Under the pieces are notes generated by a model. That model did no database searches and was not told the origin of the DNA. It saw nothing but the letters and a program-made list of their open reading frames with translations. From Alphaproteobacteria bacterium (GTDB lineage: Bacteria; Pseudomonadota; Alphaproteobacteria; JBFXJJ01), in NCBI GenBank assembly GCA_050175015.1, contig JBFXJJ010000010.1, forward strand, positions 1 to 64,000: a stretch of DNA of 64,000 bases. The letters are read 5' to 3'. Position numbers and translations under genes: made by a program. This document shows positions 17,247 through 28,293 of this stretch, piece by piece; position 1 is the first letter of the stretch; each line of letters starts with the position of its first letter.

Positions 17247-20200
17247 ATGTCCAATGATTATGTTGAAGAGTTATTGTTTAAGCAATTAAATAATAAGGAG
17301 TTACTCTCGAAGTATGGCTTGTATAATCAAAAAGATGAACACTCTTCCTGCGGTGTTGGGTTTATCTCATCGATTGATGGCAAAGCCAGCCGAAAAGTTG
17401 TAAAAGTTGGCATAGAATCCTTAAAAGCGCTTTTTTATAGAGGCGCCGTTGATGCTGATGGCAAAACGGGAGATGGGGCTGGTATTCATATTGAGCTGCC
17501 ACAAGAATTTTTTAAAGAGCATATCAGAAACACGGGGCATGCGGCTAAAAAAGATTTAGTTGCGGTTGGTATGATTTTTCTTCCAAGAAAAGATTTGCAC
17601 GCTAGAGAGCGCTGCCGTGCGATTGTCGAAAGCGAGATTATTGATTTTGGCTATGAGGTTTATGGCTGGAGGCAGGTTCCCGTTGATACTTCTGTGATTG
17701 GCGAAAAGGCCAATGCCACAAGACCAGAAATCGAGCAAATTATGATTGCTAACTCCAAAAATAAAACAGCAGAAGATTTTGATCTTGATTTATACATAAT
17801 AAGAAGAAAAATAGAAAATGCGGTGATTGCCGAGCATATAAAAGATTTTTATATATGCTCTTTTTCCTGCCGTACAATTATCTATAAGGGGCTGTTTTTA
17901 GCTGGGCAGTTAGCGCAGTTTTTTCCTGATTTGCAGGACGAAAGATTTATATCAAGATACGCTCTTTATCACCAGCGTTATTCCACTAATACTTTTCCAA
18001 CTTGGTCATTAGCGCAGCCTTTTAGAATGATTGCTCATAATGGCGAGATAAACACGTTGTCGGGCAATCTTAACTGGTTAAAAGCGCTTGAGCCTCGGTT
18101 AGAAAGCAAAAGAATAGGGGAATATATTAAAGACGTAAAACCGATTGTCTTGCCTGATAGTTCTGATTCTGCGGCACTTGACAGCGTGTTTGAGCTAATG
18201 TGTTATTCGGGCAGGGACATACCTCTTGTAAAGTCCATTCTGATTCCAGAAGCAATCGAAAATAAGAAAGATGCCAAAGAGGAATTGAAGGCTTTTGTTT
18301 CTTACTGCAACAGCATAATAACCCCTTGGGACGGTCCTGCGGCTTTAGTTGCGACCGATGGCAAATGGATTTTAGCTGGTATGGATAGAAATGGTTTGCG
18401 CCCGCTTCGTTATACGGTAATGGAAGACGGTTTGCTAATTGTTGGTTCCGAAAGCGGTATGATACGAGTTAAAGAAACGGACATAATAGAAAAGGGCAAA
18501 ATTCTTCCAGGGGAAATGCTGGCTCTGAATCTTGATGAAGGAAAATTATATAAAGATGCCGAAATAAAAGCAAAGCTTGCTGCTAAGCACCCTTACTCTG
18601 ACTGGGTTAAACGGATAACAAAGTTAGAAGATATTATAAGAGAAAAAACATTAGATAAGCCTTCGGTTAAAGAAGAAAGCTTAACTAAACTGCAAAACTG
18701 TTTTGGTATAACGAAAGAAGATATAAAAACGGTTTTAACTCCTATGATTTGTGATGGCAAAGAAGCTGTTGGTTCTATGGGAGATGATGTTCCTTTGGCC
18801 GTTCTAGCCGAAGGTTACCGTAGTTTACACCATTATTTTAGGCAGATTTTTAGTCAGGTTACTAATCCTCCTATAGATAGTTTGAGAGAAGTATCCGTTA
18901 TGTCGCTGGCGACAAGAATTGGCAATATGGGTAATATCTTAGATGAAACGGAAAGGCAGTGTGATATTTTAGAAATGGCTTCGCCTGTTTTGCTTAACCG
19001 TGAATTCGATACAATGGTAGACTTTCTAAAGGATAAAATTTATCAAATCGATTGTACTTTTGATGTTGAGGGTGGAAAAGATTCTTTGTTTCATCGAGTT
19101 GAGGAGATAAAAAAAGAAGCGGTTTCTGCGGTTTTATCTGGTAAATCTAATATCGTTTTATCTGACAGAAACATTTCTGAAAAAAGAGCTCCAATGCCTA
19201 TGATATTGGCTACAGGGGCAGTCCATACTGAGTTAATAAAACAAAAATTGAGAGCCGAAAGCACAATTCACGTTGCCTCAGGAGAATGTATCGATACGCA
19301 TTATTTTGCCGTCTTAATCGGAGTTGGGGCAACAACGGTAAATCCTTATTTAACTCAAGATGCCATTGTTATAAGTCATAAAAAAGATAATCTTTACGGT
19401 GAGTTATCATTAGAGGAATGTCTGCAAAATTATAAAAAAGCTATAAATGCAGGGCTGTTAAAAATAATGTCAAAAGTAGGCATTTGCATAATAAGCTCTT
19501 ACCGAGGTGGTGGCTACTTCGAGGCCTTAGGATTATCAAGAACAATGGTTGCCAGATGCTTTTTAGGTATGTCATCAAGAATATCTGGCATCGGAACGGA
19601 AGGTCTCCGTCAAATGATTGTAAAACAGCATAAGAAAGCCTTCGTAGAAGGGGCAGATCTTGATGCTGGCGGTTTTTATTTTGATAGAAAAAATTCCAAA
19701 ACACCGCACGGCTTTAGTATGCTTATTGCTAAAAAGCTCCAAGAAGCAGTTCGGACAGATTCTTATACGGCATATAAGGATTATGTAGAAGAAATAGAAA
19801 AGCTTCCTCCGATTGATTTGCGTAATTTATTAGGATTTAAGTATGCGAAAGAGCCTATGCCAAGAGATGAAGTTCAGTCTATAACCGAGATTAGAAAAAG
19901 CTTCTTAACTCCAGGAATGTCTTATGGTGCGCTAAGCCCCGAAGCTCACGAAACACTTAATATTGCAATGAATAGAATTGGGGCTAAATCTGTTTCAGGG
20001 GAAGGCGGAGAAGATTCTAATCGTTATAAGCCTTATTCAAATGGAGACAACGCTAATTCCGCAGTAAAACAGGTCGCATCTGGTCGTTTTGGCGTAACAG
20101 CGGAGTATCTTAATAACTGCGTTGAAATCGAAATAAAAATGGCACAAGGAGCAAAACCAGGTGAAGGCGGACAGTTGTTGGGCATTAAAGTTACAGAAGA

Positions 20201-21719
20201 AATAGCCAAGCTTCGTAACGCCGTAAAAGGAACAACTCTTATCAGTCCGCCGCCGCATCACGATATTTATTCCATCGAGGATTTAGCGCAGCTTATTTAT
20301 GACTTAAAGCAGATAAATCCGAAAGCTAAAGTCGGCGTTAAGCTTGTTTCTAAAAGCGGCGTTGGAACTATAGCCGCAGGCGTTGCTAAAGCCAAAGCAG
20401 ATATAATTACAATATCAGGCAATAATGGCGGAACAGGTGCCACGCCTTTAACTTCAATGAAGTTTGCAGGCGCTCCTTGGGAGCTGGGGTTAGCAGAGAC
20501 CAATCAGATTTTAGTGCTTAATAATCTAAGGCATAACGTTAAACTTAGGGTTGATGGCGGTATAAAAACAGGAAAAGACATTGTCATAGCAGCCATATTA
20601 GGGGCAGAAGAATTTGGGATAGGCACAGCGTCTCTTATCTCTTTGGGCTGTGTGGCAGACAGAATGTGTCATAAGAACACGTGTCCTGTTGGAATATGTA
20701 CCCAAAATCCTGACTTAAGAAAGAGATATAAAGGAACCCCTGATAATGTTGTAAATTTGTTTTCGTTCATTGCGGAAGACGTGAGAACAATATTAGCGCA
20801 ACTGGGAGTAAGAAGTCTTAAGGAGCTTATCGGAAGAACTGACTTATTATATCAAATAAACCGTGGGGCAGAAAATCTAGACGATTTAGACTTAAACCCG
20901 ATTTTGGTAAAACCCGATATTGGCGATGCTAAAATGTACTGCACCGTTGAAGGAAGAAATGAAGTTCCTGAGACTTTAGATGAATTAATAATTAAAGATG
21001 CCGAGCCTGTTTTAGAAAATAAAGCCAAAATGCAGCTCACGTATAACGTTAGAAATACGCATCGCTCTGTGGGAGCAAAAATTTCTCATATGATTTATAA
21101 AAAATATGGAAACAGTTTATCTAACGACCTCTTAACTATAAGATTAAGAGGCAGTGCAGGGCAGTCGCTGGGAGCGTTTGCTGTAAATGGCTTAAAATTA
21201 GAAGTTTTCGGCGATGCTAACGATTATGTCGGCAAAGGCTTATCGGGAGGAATAATCGTTGTCCGTCCTTCGGCTTCAAGCAAGTTAAAAACCAATGAAA
21301 ATATTATCATCGGGAATACGGTTTTATACGGTGCAACATCAGGAAAACTCTTTGCCGCTGGCAAAGCTGGTGAACGTTTTGCGGTTAGAAACTCTGGAGC
21401 TGCTGCGGTGGTTGAAGGCTGTGGCTATAACGGCTGTGAATATATGACGGGAGGCGTTGTTGTTATATTAGGCGATGTTGGATATAACTTTGGAGCGGGA
21501 ATGACAGGAGGCTTGGCTTTTATATACAGTCCTTATGACATTTCCGATAAAATTAATAAGGACAGCATTACGTTAGAGAAAATAAGAGATCCTAAACACG
21601 AAATGATACTAAAAGATTTAATAAAAGAGCATATCAAGGAAACAAAATCATCTTTTGCTAGTTCGTTATTAGATAACTGGGAAAAAGAGAAAGATAATTT
21701 TAAAATAGCTGTTCATTAA
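17247..21719 (+). CDS. gltB: Glutamate synthase large subunit
   Basis: Ntn Cys 'CGVGF', 'HQRYSTNT', 'HNGEINT', 'KMAQGAKPGEGGQL', 3Fe-4S 'CVADRMCHKNTCP', GXGXG domain. Confidence 0.97.
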   Translation: MSNDYVEELLFKQLNNKELLSKYGLYNQKDEHSSCGVGFISSIDGKASRKVVKVGIESLKALFYRGAVDADGKTGDGAGIHIELPQEFFKEHIRNTGHAAKKDLVAVGMIFLPRKDLHARERCRAIVESEIIDFGYEVYGWRQVPVDTSVIGEKANATRPEIEQIMIANSKNKTAEDFDLDLYIIRRKIENAVIAEHIKDFYICSFSCRTIIYKGLFLAGQLAQFFPDLQDERFISRYALYHQRYSTNTFPTWSLAQPFRMIAHNGEINTLSGNLNWLKALEPRLESKRIGEYIKDVKPIVLPDSSDSAALDSVFELMCYSGRDIPLVKSILIPEAIENKKDAKEELKAFVSYCNSIITPWDGPAALVATDGKWILAGMDRNGLRPLRYTVMEDGLLIVGSESGMIRVKETDIIEKGKILPGEMLALNLDEGKLYKDAEIKAKLAAKHPYSDWVKRITKLEDIIREKTLDKPSVKEESLTKLQNCFGITKEDIKTVLTPMICDGKEAVGSMGDDVPLAVLAEGYRSLHHYFRQIFSQVTNPPIDSLREVSVMSLATRIGNMGNILDETERQCDILEMASPVLLNREFDTMVDFLKDKIYQIDCTFDVEGGKDSLFHRVEEIKKEAVSAVLSGKSNIVLSDRNISEKRAPMPMILATGAVHTELIKQKLRAESTIHVASGECIDTHYFAVLIGVGATTVNPYLTQDAIVISHKKDNLYGELSLEECLQNYKKAINAGLLKIMSKVGICIISSYRGGGYFEALGLSRTMVARCFLGMSSRISGIGTEGLRQMIVKQHKKAFVEGADLDAGGFYFDRKNSKTPHGFSMLIAKKLQEAVRTDSYTAYKDYVEEIEKLPPIDLRNLLGFKYAKEPMPRDEVQSITEIRKSFLTPGMSYGALSPEAHETLNIAMNRIGAKSVSGEGGEDSNRYKPYSNGDNANSAVKQVASGRFGVTAEYLNNCVEIEIKMAQGAKPGEGGQLLGIKVTEEIAKLRNAVKGTTLISPPPHHDIYSIEDLAQLIYDLKQINPKAKVGVKLVSKSGVGTIAAGVAKAKADIITISGNNGGTGATPLTSMKFAGAPWELGLAETNQILVLNNLRHNVKLRVDGGIKTGKDIVIAAILGAEEFGIGTASLISLGCVADRMCHKNTCPVGICTQNPDLRKRYKGTPDNVVNLFSFIAEDVRTILAQLGVRSLKELIGRTDLLYQINRGAENLDDLDLNPILVKPDIGDAKMYCTVEGRNEVPETLDELIIKDAEPVLENKAKMQLTYNVRNTHRSVGAKISHMIYKKYGNSLSNDLLTIRLRGSAGQSLGAFAVNGLKLEVFGDANDYVGKGLSGGIIVVRPSASSKLKTNENIIIGNTVLYGATSGKLFAAGKAGERFAVRNSGAAAVVEGCGYNGCEYMTGGVVVILGDVGYNFGAGMTGGLAFIYSPYDISDKINKDSITLEKIRDPKHEMILKDLIKEHIKETKSSFASSLLDNWEKEKDNFKIAVH

Positions 21720-21806
21720 GATTCTTTGTCCTTTTGATACTCTTGTTATAGGTCAAAGCTTGAGACTATGAATTGGAGATTAAATTAAGAAATAAATAAG
21801 CCTTAT

Positions 21807-22643
21807 TTATTTTCCATTATTTTTAAAAACACAAAATGGCTCTGGATATTTTATACTTCCATAGTTGCTATTTATAACACAGCCCCAATTCCCACCATCA
21901 AAAGCATTAATTTCATCACTAATTGATATATTTGAATGATCACCGATAATTCGAAACAAACTATCTTTAAAATAAAAATAGAAATTCTTCTCAAAACTTC
22001 GTGAAAGACTTCTAATACATACTGTTTTTTCTTTATTTGTTGGATATAATCTACCAAAGACAGCCATTATAATTTTAAACGCAACTTTTTCTTTAGAATC
22101 GTACGGTTTTTTTAAAATAAAATCAGCAATATAAAATTTTTTTATTTTTTGAAATTCTGAAATGTAAGCATTCTTTAAATATGGTTTTTTATTGAAATCT
22201 GTGTCAGGATACATTTGTTCTAAAGAAGGCATTAATTGCTCTGCTTTAGCTCTTGTTATCTCTTGCCACTCTGGTTGAGAAAAATCTTTATATTCATCTG
22301 GAATATAAAGTTTATTAATAGAAATTTGATTATAAATCGTAGGTATAAAGTTATGATTTTCAGGTAACTCTAGTATTTCTTTAAATTTTTCGCACAATTC
22401 AGGTTTATGATTAGTTACCAATTCAAAATGAACGGGTTCTCCTTTTTGAACGGGTGGTATAGGTTTAGGATTATCTACTATGGTATCATTAAAATTGTTA
22501 GCTAAAACAGATTGTTCTTTTTTCATAATAGCCTCGTTATCTTCAGCTATTTTTTTGTTAACTAAAGCCTCTTCTGCTCCTGCATTTATTATGAAAGAAA
22601 ACAAAAGGAAGCAACTAAAGTTAAATAAAAAGATTTTTTTCAT
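21807..22643 (-). CDS. Secreted hypothetical protein
   Basis: Signal peptide '...INAGA'; 278 aa. Confidence 0.7.
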   Translation of the reverse strand: MKKIFLFNFSCFLLFSFIINAGAEEALVNKKIAEDNEAIMKKEQSVLANNFNDTIVDNPKPIPPVQKGEPVHFELVTNHKPELCEKFKEILELPENHNFIPTIYNQISINKLYIPDEYKDFSQPEWQEITRAKAEQLMPSLEQMYPDTDFNKKPYLKNAYISEFQKIKKFYIADFILKKPYDSKEKVAFKIIMAVFGRLYPTNKEKTVCIRSLSRSFEKNFYFYFKDSLFRIIGDHSNISISDEINAFDGGNWGCVINSNYGSIKYPEPFCVFKNNGK

Positions 22644-22885
22644 AAATTCCTCATTAATTTTTTATAACAAGATTTAAAATTATTCTTGAAGCCGAAAATA
22701 ACCATAAATAAACCTGATTTTAATAATTATATAATATACGCTAGTTTGATTTAATATTAATATAATTTTTTGTTATATTTTGTTTGTATAAATATACTAT
22801 AGGTTGAGTCAATGTTTAGTGCCTTCGTTAATAAAGGCGCAAGATATTTCTCTATTTTTGGTGTGTGATTTTTCTTATGCTTCGA

Positions 22886-23833
22886 CTATTTTTTATTATC
22901 AAGAAACCACTGGTAATAAGATTTTAAGCCATCATCTAAGGAAATTTTGGCTTCCCAGCCGAGTTCTTTCAGCTTGCTTACATCAAGAAGTTTGCGGGGG
23001 GTGCCATCAGGTTTGCTTGTATCAAAAACCAAGCTGCCCGTAAAACCTGTAACCTTTTTTATTTTGGAGGCAAAATCAGCAATAGATATTTCTTTTCCTG
23101 TGCCGACATTTACGTGTTCATAGCCATTGTAGTTTTTCATTAAGAAAATCAAAGCATCTGCCAAATCATCAGAGTATAAGAATTCTCTTAAAGGTGTTCC
23201 TGTACCCCAGATAACGACTTCTTTGTCTCCTGCTATTTTAGCGTTATGAAAACGCTGGAGCAGAGCGGCGGGAACGTGTCCGTTTTCAGGGTGAAAATTG
23301 TCGTTTATGCCGAAAAGATTGGTTGGCATAGCCGAAATAAAATTGGATCCATATTGTTTTTGATAAGCTTGGCAAAGCTTAATGCCTGTGATTTTAGCAA
23401 TGGCATACCATTCATTAGTCGGTTCTAGTTCGCCAGTAAGCAGACAGCTTTCAGGCATAGGCTGTGGTGCAAATTTAGGATAGATACAAGAAGATCCAAG
23501 GAATAACAGTTTTTGAACTTTGTGTTGAAAAGATGCCTGAATAATATTGGCTTCAATCATAAGATTGTTATAAATAAATTCCGCAGGATACATACTGTTA
23601 GCATAAATTCCGCCGACTTTAGCTGCGGATAAAAATACAGCGTCAGGCTTGTTGGCTTCAAACCAGTCATAAACATCTTGCTGGCAGCATAAATCAAGGT
23701 CTTTATGGCTTGCTGTTAATATTTGGCAGTTTTCTTGTTGTAAACGGCGATAAATTGCACTGCCTACTAATCCTTTATGCCCTGCAACAAAAACTTTTTT
23801 GCCACTTAAATTGTAATCAAGCGAATTTGGCAT
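22886..23833 (-). CDS. fcl: GDP-L-fucose synthase
   Basis: '[10 protein letters not shown]', 'AAKVGGI', 'LGSSCIYP', 'YAIAK', 'KPDGTPRK'. Confidence 0.95.
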   Translation of the reverse strand: MPNSLDYNLSGKKVFVAGHKGLVGSAIYRRLQQENCQILTASHKDLDLCCQQDVYDWFEANKPDAVFLSAAKVGGIYANSMYPAEFIYNNLMIEANIIQASFQHKVQKLLFLGSSCIYPKFAPQPMPESCLLTGELEPTNEWYAIAKITGIKLCQAYQKQYGSNFISAMPTNLFGINDNFHPENGHVPAALLQRFHNAKIAGDKEVVIWGTGTPLREFLYSDDLADALIFLMKNYNGYEHVNVGTGKEISIADFASKIKKVTGFTGSLVFDTSKPDGTPRKLLDVSKLKELGWEAKISLDDGLKSYYQWFLDNKK

Positions 23834-24884
23834 TGTTTTTCTGTCCTGACTGCATTTTGGCTAAATCTTTCTGCACCATCTCTTTGACCAGAGTTTTGAA
23901 AGTTATTTCTGCTTGCCAGCCAAGTTTTTCTTTGGCTTTGGTTGGGTCGCCCAAAAGAAGATCAACTTCAGTCGGACGGAAATATATCGGGTCGATTGCG
24001 ACTAGTGTTTTTCCAGTTTTGGCGTCAATTCCTTTTTCATCAACGCCTTTGCCTTCCCATCTAATCTCTATGCCTACTTCAGCAAAAGCATATTCAACAA
24101 ATTCTCTAACAGAATGAGTTTCGCCTGTTGCTAAGATGTAATCATCAGGGGTGTCTTGTTGCAGTATGCGCCACATTCCCTCGACATAATCCTTGGCGTG
24201 TCCCCAGTCTCTTTTGGCATCAATATTTCCTAAAAACAGAGTATCTTGAAGACCCAGATGGATAGCGCATACCGCACGGGTGATTTTCCTTGTTACAAAG
24301 GTTTCTCCACGTCTTGGACTTTCGTGATTAAATAAAATTCCGTTTGATGCGTGAATGTTATAAGCTTCACGGTAGTTGATAGTAATCCAATAAGCATAAA
24401 GCTTTGCCGCAGCATAAGGGCTTCGAGGGTAGAAAGGCGTTGTTTCTTTTTGAGGAGTTTCTTGAACTTTTCCAAAAAGTTCTGAAGTTGATGCTTGATA
24501 AAATCTGGTTTTATCTTTAATGCCGAGAATTCTAATAGCTTCTAAAAGACGCAGGGTTCCTAAAGCGTCGGCATTGCCTGTATACTCAGCGGTTTCAAAG
24601 CTTACTTGAACATGGCTTTGAGCGGCTAAATTATAAATTTCATCAGGCTGCACCGTTTGAATAATACGGATAAGATTAGTTGAATCGGTCATATCACCGT
24701 AGTGCATAAAGAATTTGGCATCTTTATTATGGAAATCTTTGAGTAGATGATCAACTCTTTCCGTGTTAAAAGAAGATGAGCGCCTTTTAATGCCGTGAAC
24801 TTCGTAGCCTTTTTCAAGTAAAAGCTCAGCAAGGTATGAACCATCTTGACCTGTAATACCTGTTATAAGTGCCTTCTTTGCCAT
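23817..24884 (-). CDS. gmd: GDP-mannose 4,6-dehydratase
   Basis: '[14 protein letters not shown]', 'QASTSE', '[10 protein letters not shown]', '[17 protein letters not shown]'. Confidence 0.97.
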   Translation of the reverse strand: MAKKALITGITGQDGSYLAELLLEKGYEVHGIKRRSSSFNTERVDHLLKDFHNKDAKFFMHYGDMTDSTNLIRIIQTVQPDEIYNLAAQSHVQVSFETAEYTGNADALGTLRLLEAIRILGIKDKTRFYQASTSELFGKVQETPQKETTPFYPRSPYAAAKLYAYWITINYREAYNIHASNGILFNHESPRRGETFVTRKITRAVCAIHLGLQDTLFLGNIDAKRDWGHAKDYVEGMWRILQQDTPDDYILATGETHSVREFVEYAFAEVGIEIRWEGKGVDEKGIDAKTGKTLVAIDPIYFRPTEVDLLLGDPTKAKEKLGWQAEITFKTLVKEMVQKDLAKMQSGQKNNAKFA

Positions 24885-25062
24885 ATTTTTTTCCTAAAAG
24901 TTTTTTGAATATTGTTAATTTTTTATATTCTTTTAGCGTAGTTATTTCAATATCAAAAAAGTTTTTTGGGATAAAATGAATTGATTAATAAAAGTTATTG
25001 CCATTCTTTGATAAGTATGGAAAAAAAGATAATGCCTTGTTTCACCAAGATAGCTTTGAAAA

Positions 25063-26865
25063 ATGTTTGAAACCTTAAAAAAAACGCTTGCAATATTAAC
25101 TCCACCAGAAAAAAGAAAAGCCTTAATTCTTCTTCTTTTAATGATTTTTGTAGCTGTTTTTGAGATGATAAGTGTGGTTTCTATAATGCCTTTTTTATCT
25201 GTTATTGCAAAACCCGAGATTATAGAAACGAATAAATATTTAAAATTTACTTACAATTATTTGAAATTTGAAAATCAAAAAGATTTTTTATATTTTCTAG
25301 GTGGTACGGTTTTTCTTCTGCTTGTTTTAGGTAATATTATAAAATCGCTATATATTTGGGCAGAAGTCAGATTTATTAATATGCGAGGGCATGATATTAG
25401 TAAAAGGCTATTAAAAAAATATTTAGAAAAAACATATATCTTTTTTGTAAATCGTAATAGTGGAGATTTAGCAAGGAATGTTCTTGATGAAGTTAATAAA
25501 ATAATGGTTTGTTCTCTAAAACCATTTATGAGTATAGCTTCTCAGGCAATTACTAGTTTATTCGTTGTTTCAATAATCATTGCTTCTGACCCGTTTTTAG
25601 CGGCCACAATGGCGTTCATAATAGGTTTTATTTATTTCGTAATATATAGGGCATTGAAAAAAAAGCTTCTACGGTTAGGTGAAGGGTATTTTAATTCAAA
25701 TAAAGAACGTTATATTACAATTAATGAAATATTTGGAGGAATAAAGGATTTAAAGTTATTAGGTTTAGAGAAAACCTTCCTCAAAATTTATGAAAAACCA
25801 TCACGGAAAAGAGCTGATTATTACTGTTTTCATCAGTTGGCAGCCTTAATACCTCAATATATATTAGAGATATTAGCAATGGGAAGTGTTCTTATTGCAA
25901 CTTTTTATCTTATGTCTATAAAAAATGATATAGGTTATTTTTTACCAATTTTAGGACTTTATGCATATGCAGGTAAAAAAATAGTTCCTGCTATGCAGGC
26001 TATTTTTGGTGCTATCACTTTAATCAAATTTAATGGAACTGTTGTCGATAATATCTTTAAAGAATTAAATTTAGAAGAGAGTGATAAGAAGAATATAAAA
26101 ATAGATGATATTTTTGGTGAAGTAAAAAATATAGAATTAAAAAACTTAAAATTTCAATATCCGTCAAATAAAAAACTCATTATTGATGATTTGAATCTAA
26201 GTATAAAAGCCAAAACAACAGTTGGATTTGCTGGTTCTACTGGTTCTGGAAAAACTACTTTAGTTGATATAATTCTTGGGCTTTTAAGACCTACTAGTGG
26301 GGATTTAATTGTTAATGGGCAAAAGATAACAGGTGAAAGCATTCGGTCGTGGCAGTCTAAACTGGGCTATATTCCTCAATTTATTTTTTTAACAGATGAT
26401 ACTGTTGCTAAAAATATAGCGTTTGGAATTCCTGATGATGAAATAAATATGGATATAGTTAAAGATGTTGCAGAAAAAGCGCAAATCAAAGATTTTATAG
26501 AGCAGCTTCCAGATAAATATAATACGATAGTTGGAGAAAGAGGGGTCAAATTTTCAGGAGGACAACGTCAAAGAATAGGTATAGCAAGGGCGTTGTATCG
26601 AGATCCAGAAGTATTGATACTTGATGAAGCAACATCAGCCTTGGATAATATAACAGAACGAAGTGTTATGGCTGCAATTCGAAAATTATCAGGTTTAAAA
26701 ACGCTGATTTTGATTGCGCATAGATTAACGACGCTTAAAAATGCGGATATAATTCACTTTATAGAAAATGGAAAAATTATTTCTTCAGGTAATTATGACG
26801 AAATGTTAGCAAATACACAATTCGCTGATTTGGTTAGAGCTGCACAGGAAAAGGATGAATTTTAA
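25063..26865 (+). CDS. PglK/MsbA-like fused ABC transporter (glycan flippase)
   Basis: N-terminal TM domain; Walker A 'GSTGSGKT', signature 'FSGGQRQR', 'LDEATSALD'; glycan locus context. Confidence 0.85.
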   Translation: MFETLKKTLAILTPPEKRKALILLLLMIFVAVFEMISVVSIMPFLSVIAKPEIIETNKYLKFTYNYLKFENQKDFLYFLGGTVFLLLVLGNIIKSLYIWAEVRFINMRGHDISKRLLKKYLEKTYIFFVNRNSGDLARNVLDEVNKIMVCSLKPFMSIASQAITSLFVVSIIIASDPFLAATMAFIIGFIYFVIYRALKKKLLRLGEGYFNSNKERYITINEIFGGIKDLKLLGLEKTFLKIYEKPSRKRADYYCFHQLAALIPQYILEILAMGSVLIATFYLMSIKNDIGYFLPILGLYAYAGKKIVPAMQAIFGAITLIKFNGTVVDNIFKELNLEESDKKNIKIDDIFGEVKNIELKNLKFQYPSNKKLIIDDLNLSIKAKTTVGFAGSTGSGKTTLVDIILGLLRPTSGDLIVNGQKITGESIRSWQSKLGYIPQFIFLTDDTVAKNIAFGIPDDEINMDIVKDVAEKAQIKDFIEQLPDKYNTIVGERGVKFSGGQRQRIGIARALYRDPEVLILDEATSALDNITERSVMAAIRKLSGLKTLILIAHRLTTLKNADIIHFIENGKIISSGNYDEMLANTQFADLVRAAQEKDEF

Positions 26866-27624
26866 ATGAAAGATGCCATTAAGAAATTCTTACCTAAGAA
26901 AGTAAAAAAAATTATAAAAAAGCTGCTTAGCTTAAGATATTTGTATAGGTTTTTTACAAATTATAAGCAATTTGTTAATAACGGCGGAAAAATTACAAAA
27001 CTTTGCCCTGTTCTTAGCAATTTTAACAGTTCTGCGGGATTAGATAAAGGACATTATTTTCATCAAGATTTGCTAGTGGCATCATATATTAATAAAGCTA
27101 ATCCTGAAAGGCATATAGATATAGGCTCTCGTATAGACGGTTTTGTTGCTCATGTTGCGTCTTTCCGTGAAATAGAGGTGATGGATATTCGAGAACTTAA
27201 TCCGTTGAAACATAAAAATATAAAATTTATTCAATCAGATTTAATGCAATATGATGATAAATATAATGATGCCACGGACTCAATATCTTGCCTGCATGCA
27301 ATAGAACATTTTGGATTAGGACGTTATGGCGATCCCATAAATCCTAATGGTCATATCGCAGGTTTTAAGAATATTTTGAAAATGCTAAAGAAAAATGGAA
27401 TGCTTTATATTAGTTTTCCAATAGGGAAAGAAAATCAAGTTTTGTTTAATATTCATAGAATATTTGATCCCAAAGATATTTTTAAATGGAGCGATGAAAA
27501 GCTCGAACTTCAAAAATTTGACTTCGTTGATGATAATGGCGATTTGCATATAGATTTTCCGATTAAAGAAAAAAATATCGTTGCTAATTTTGGTCTGGGT
27601 ATCTATAGTTTTTGTAAAAAATGA
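26866..27624 (+). CDS. DUF268-like methyltransferase-fold protein
   Basis: 'HYFHQDL', 'HIDIGSRIDGF', 'EHFGLGRYGDP'. Confidence 0.75.
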   Translation: MKDAIKKFLPKKVKKIIKKLLSLRYLYRFFTNYKQFVNNGGKITKLCPVLSNFNSSAGLDKGHYFHQDLLVASYINKANPERHIDIGSRIDGFVAHVASFREIEVMDIRELNPLKHKNIKFIQSDLMQYDDKYNDATDSISCLHAIEHFGLGRYGDPINPNGHIAGFKNILKMLKKNGMLYISFPIGKENQVLFNIHRIFDPKDIFKWSDEKLELQKFDFVDDNGDLHIDFPIKEKNIVANFGLGIYSFCKK

Positions 27625-27675
27625 TTGGTTAATAAAAAGATTTAATTTATTTATAATGTCAAACATATTAGGTAT

Positions 27676-28293
27676 ATGATGCTAAAATATATAAAGAAAA
27701 TGCTTCCTAAAAGGTTTAAGAATTATTTGAAAAATAAGATTACTTATTTTTTTTGGGTTAGTAAAGGAAAGCCTAATCCTCCTCATCATATAATAAAACA
27801 GAAAAAAATTCTAAGATTGCAAAAAAGACAAGGAAACAACGTGTTCGTAGAAACTGGAACTTATTTTGGTGATATGGTTTTTGCAGTAAAAGATACGTTT
27901 AAACAAATTTATACTGTAGAGTTAAGTAAAGATTTGTATGACTTAGCCGTGGAAAGATTTAAGAAAGATACGCATATTAATTTATTAAATGGAGATAGCG
28001 GAGAGGTTTTAAAGGATCTTGTTAAAAAGATAGAAGAACCTGCAATTTTTTGGTTGGACGGTCATTATTCTGGTGGCGAGACGGCAAAAGGGAACGTAGA
28101 TACACCTATAGTAGAAGAACTAAAACATATTTTTTCTTCAGAATTAAAGCATACAATTCTTATCGATGATGCTAGGTGTTTTGGTAAAAACGATGGTTAT
28201 CCAACAATAGAAGAGTTAGAAAAAATAGTTTTGGAAAGCAGGCAGGGTGCTAAAATCAAAGTTGAATCTGACATTATAGAAATAACCTATTGA
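27676..28293 (+). CDS. Putative class I SAM methyltransferase
   Basis: 'FVETGTYFG', 'GDS', 'FWLDGHYSGG', 'ILIDD'. Confidence 0.7.
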   Translation: MMLKYIKKMLPKRFKNYLKNKITYFFWVSKGKPNPPHHIIKQKKILRLQKRQGNNVFVETGTYFGDMVFAVKDTFKQIYTVELSKDLYDLAVERFKKDTHINLLNGDSGEVLKDLVKKIEEPAIFWLDGHYSGGETAKGNVDTPIVEELKHIFSSELKHTILIDDARCFGKNDGYPTIEELEKIVLESRQGAKIKVESDIIEITY

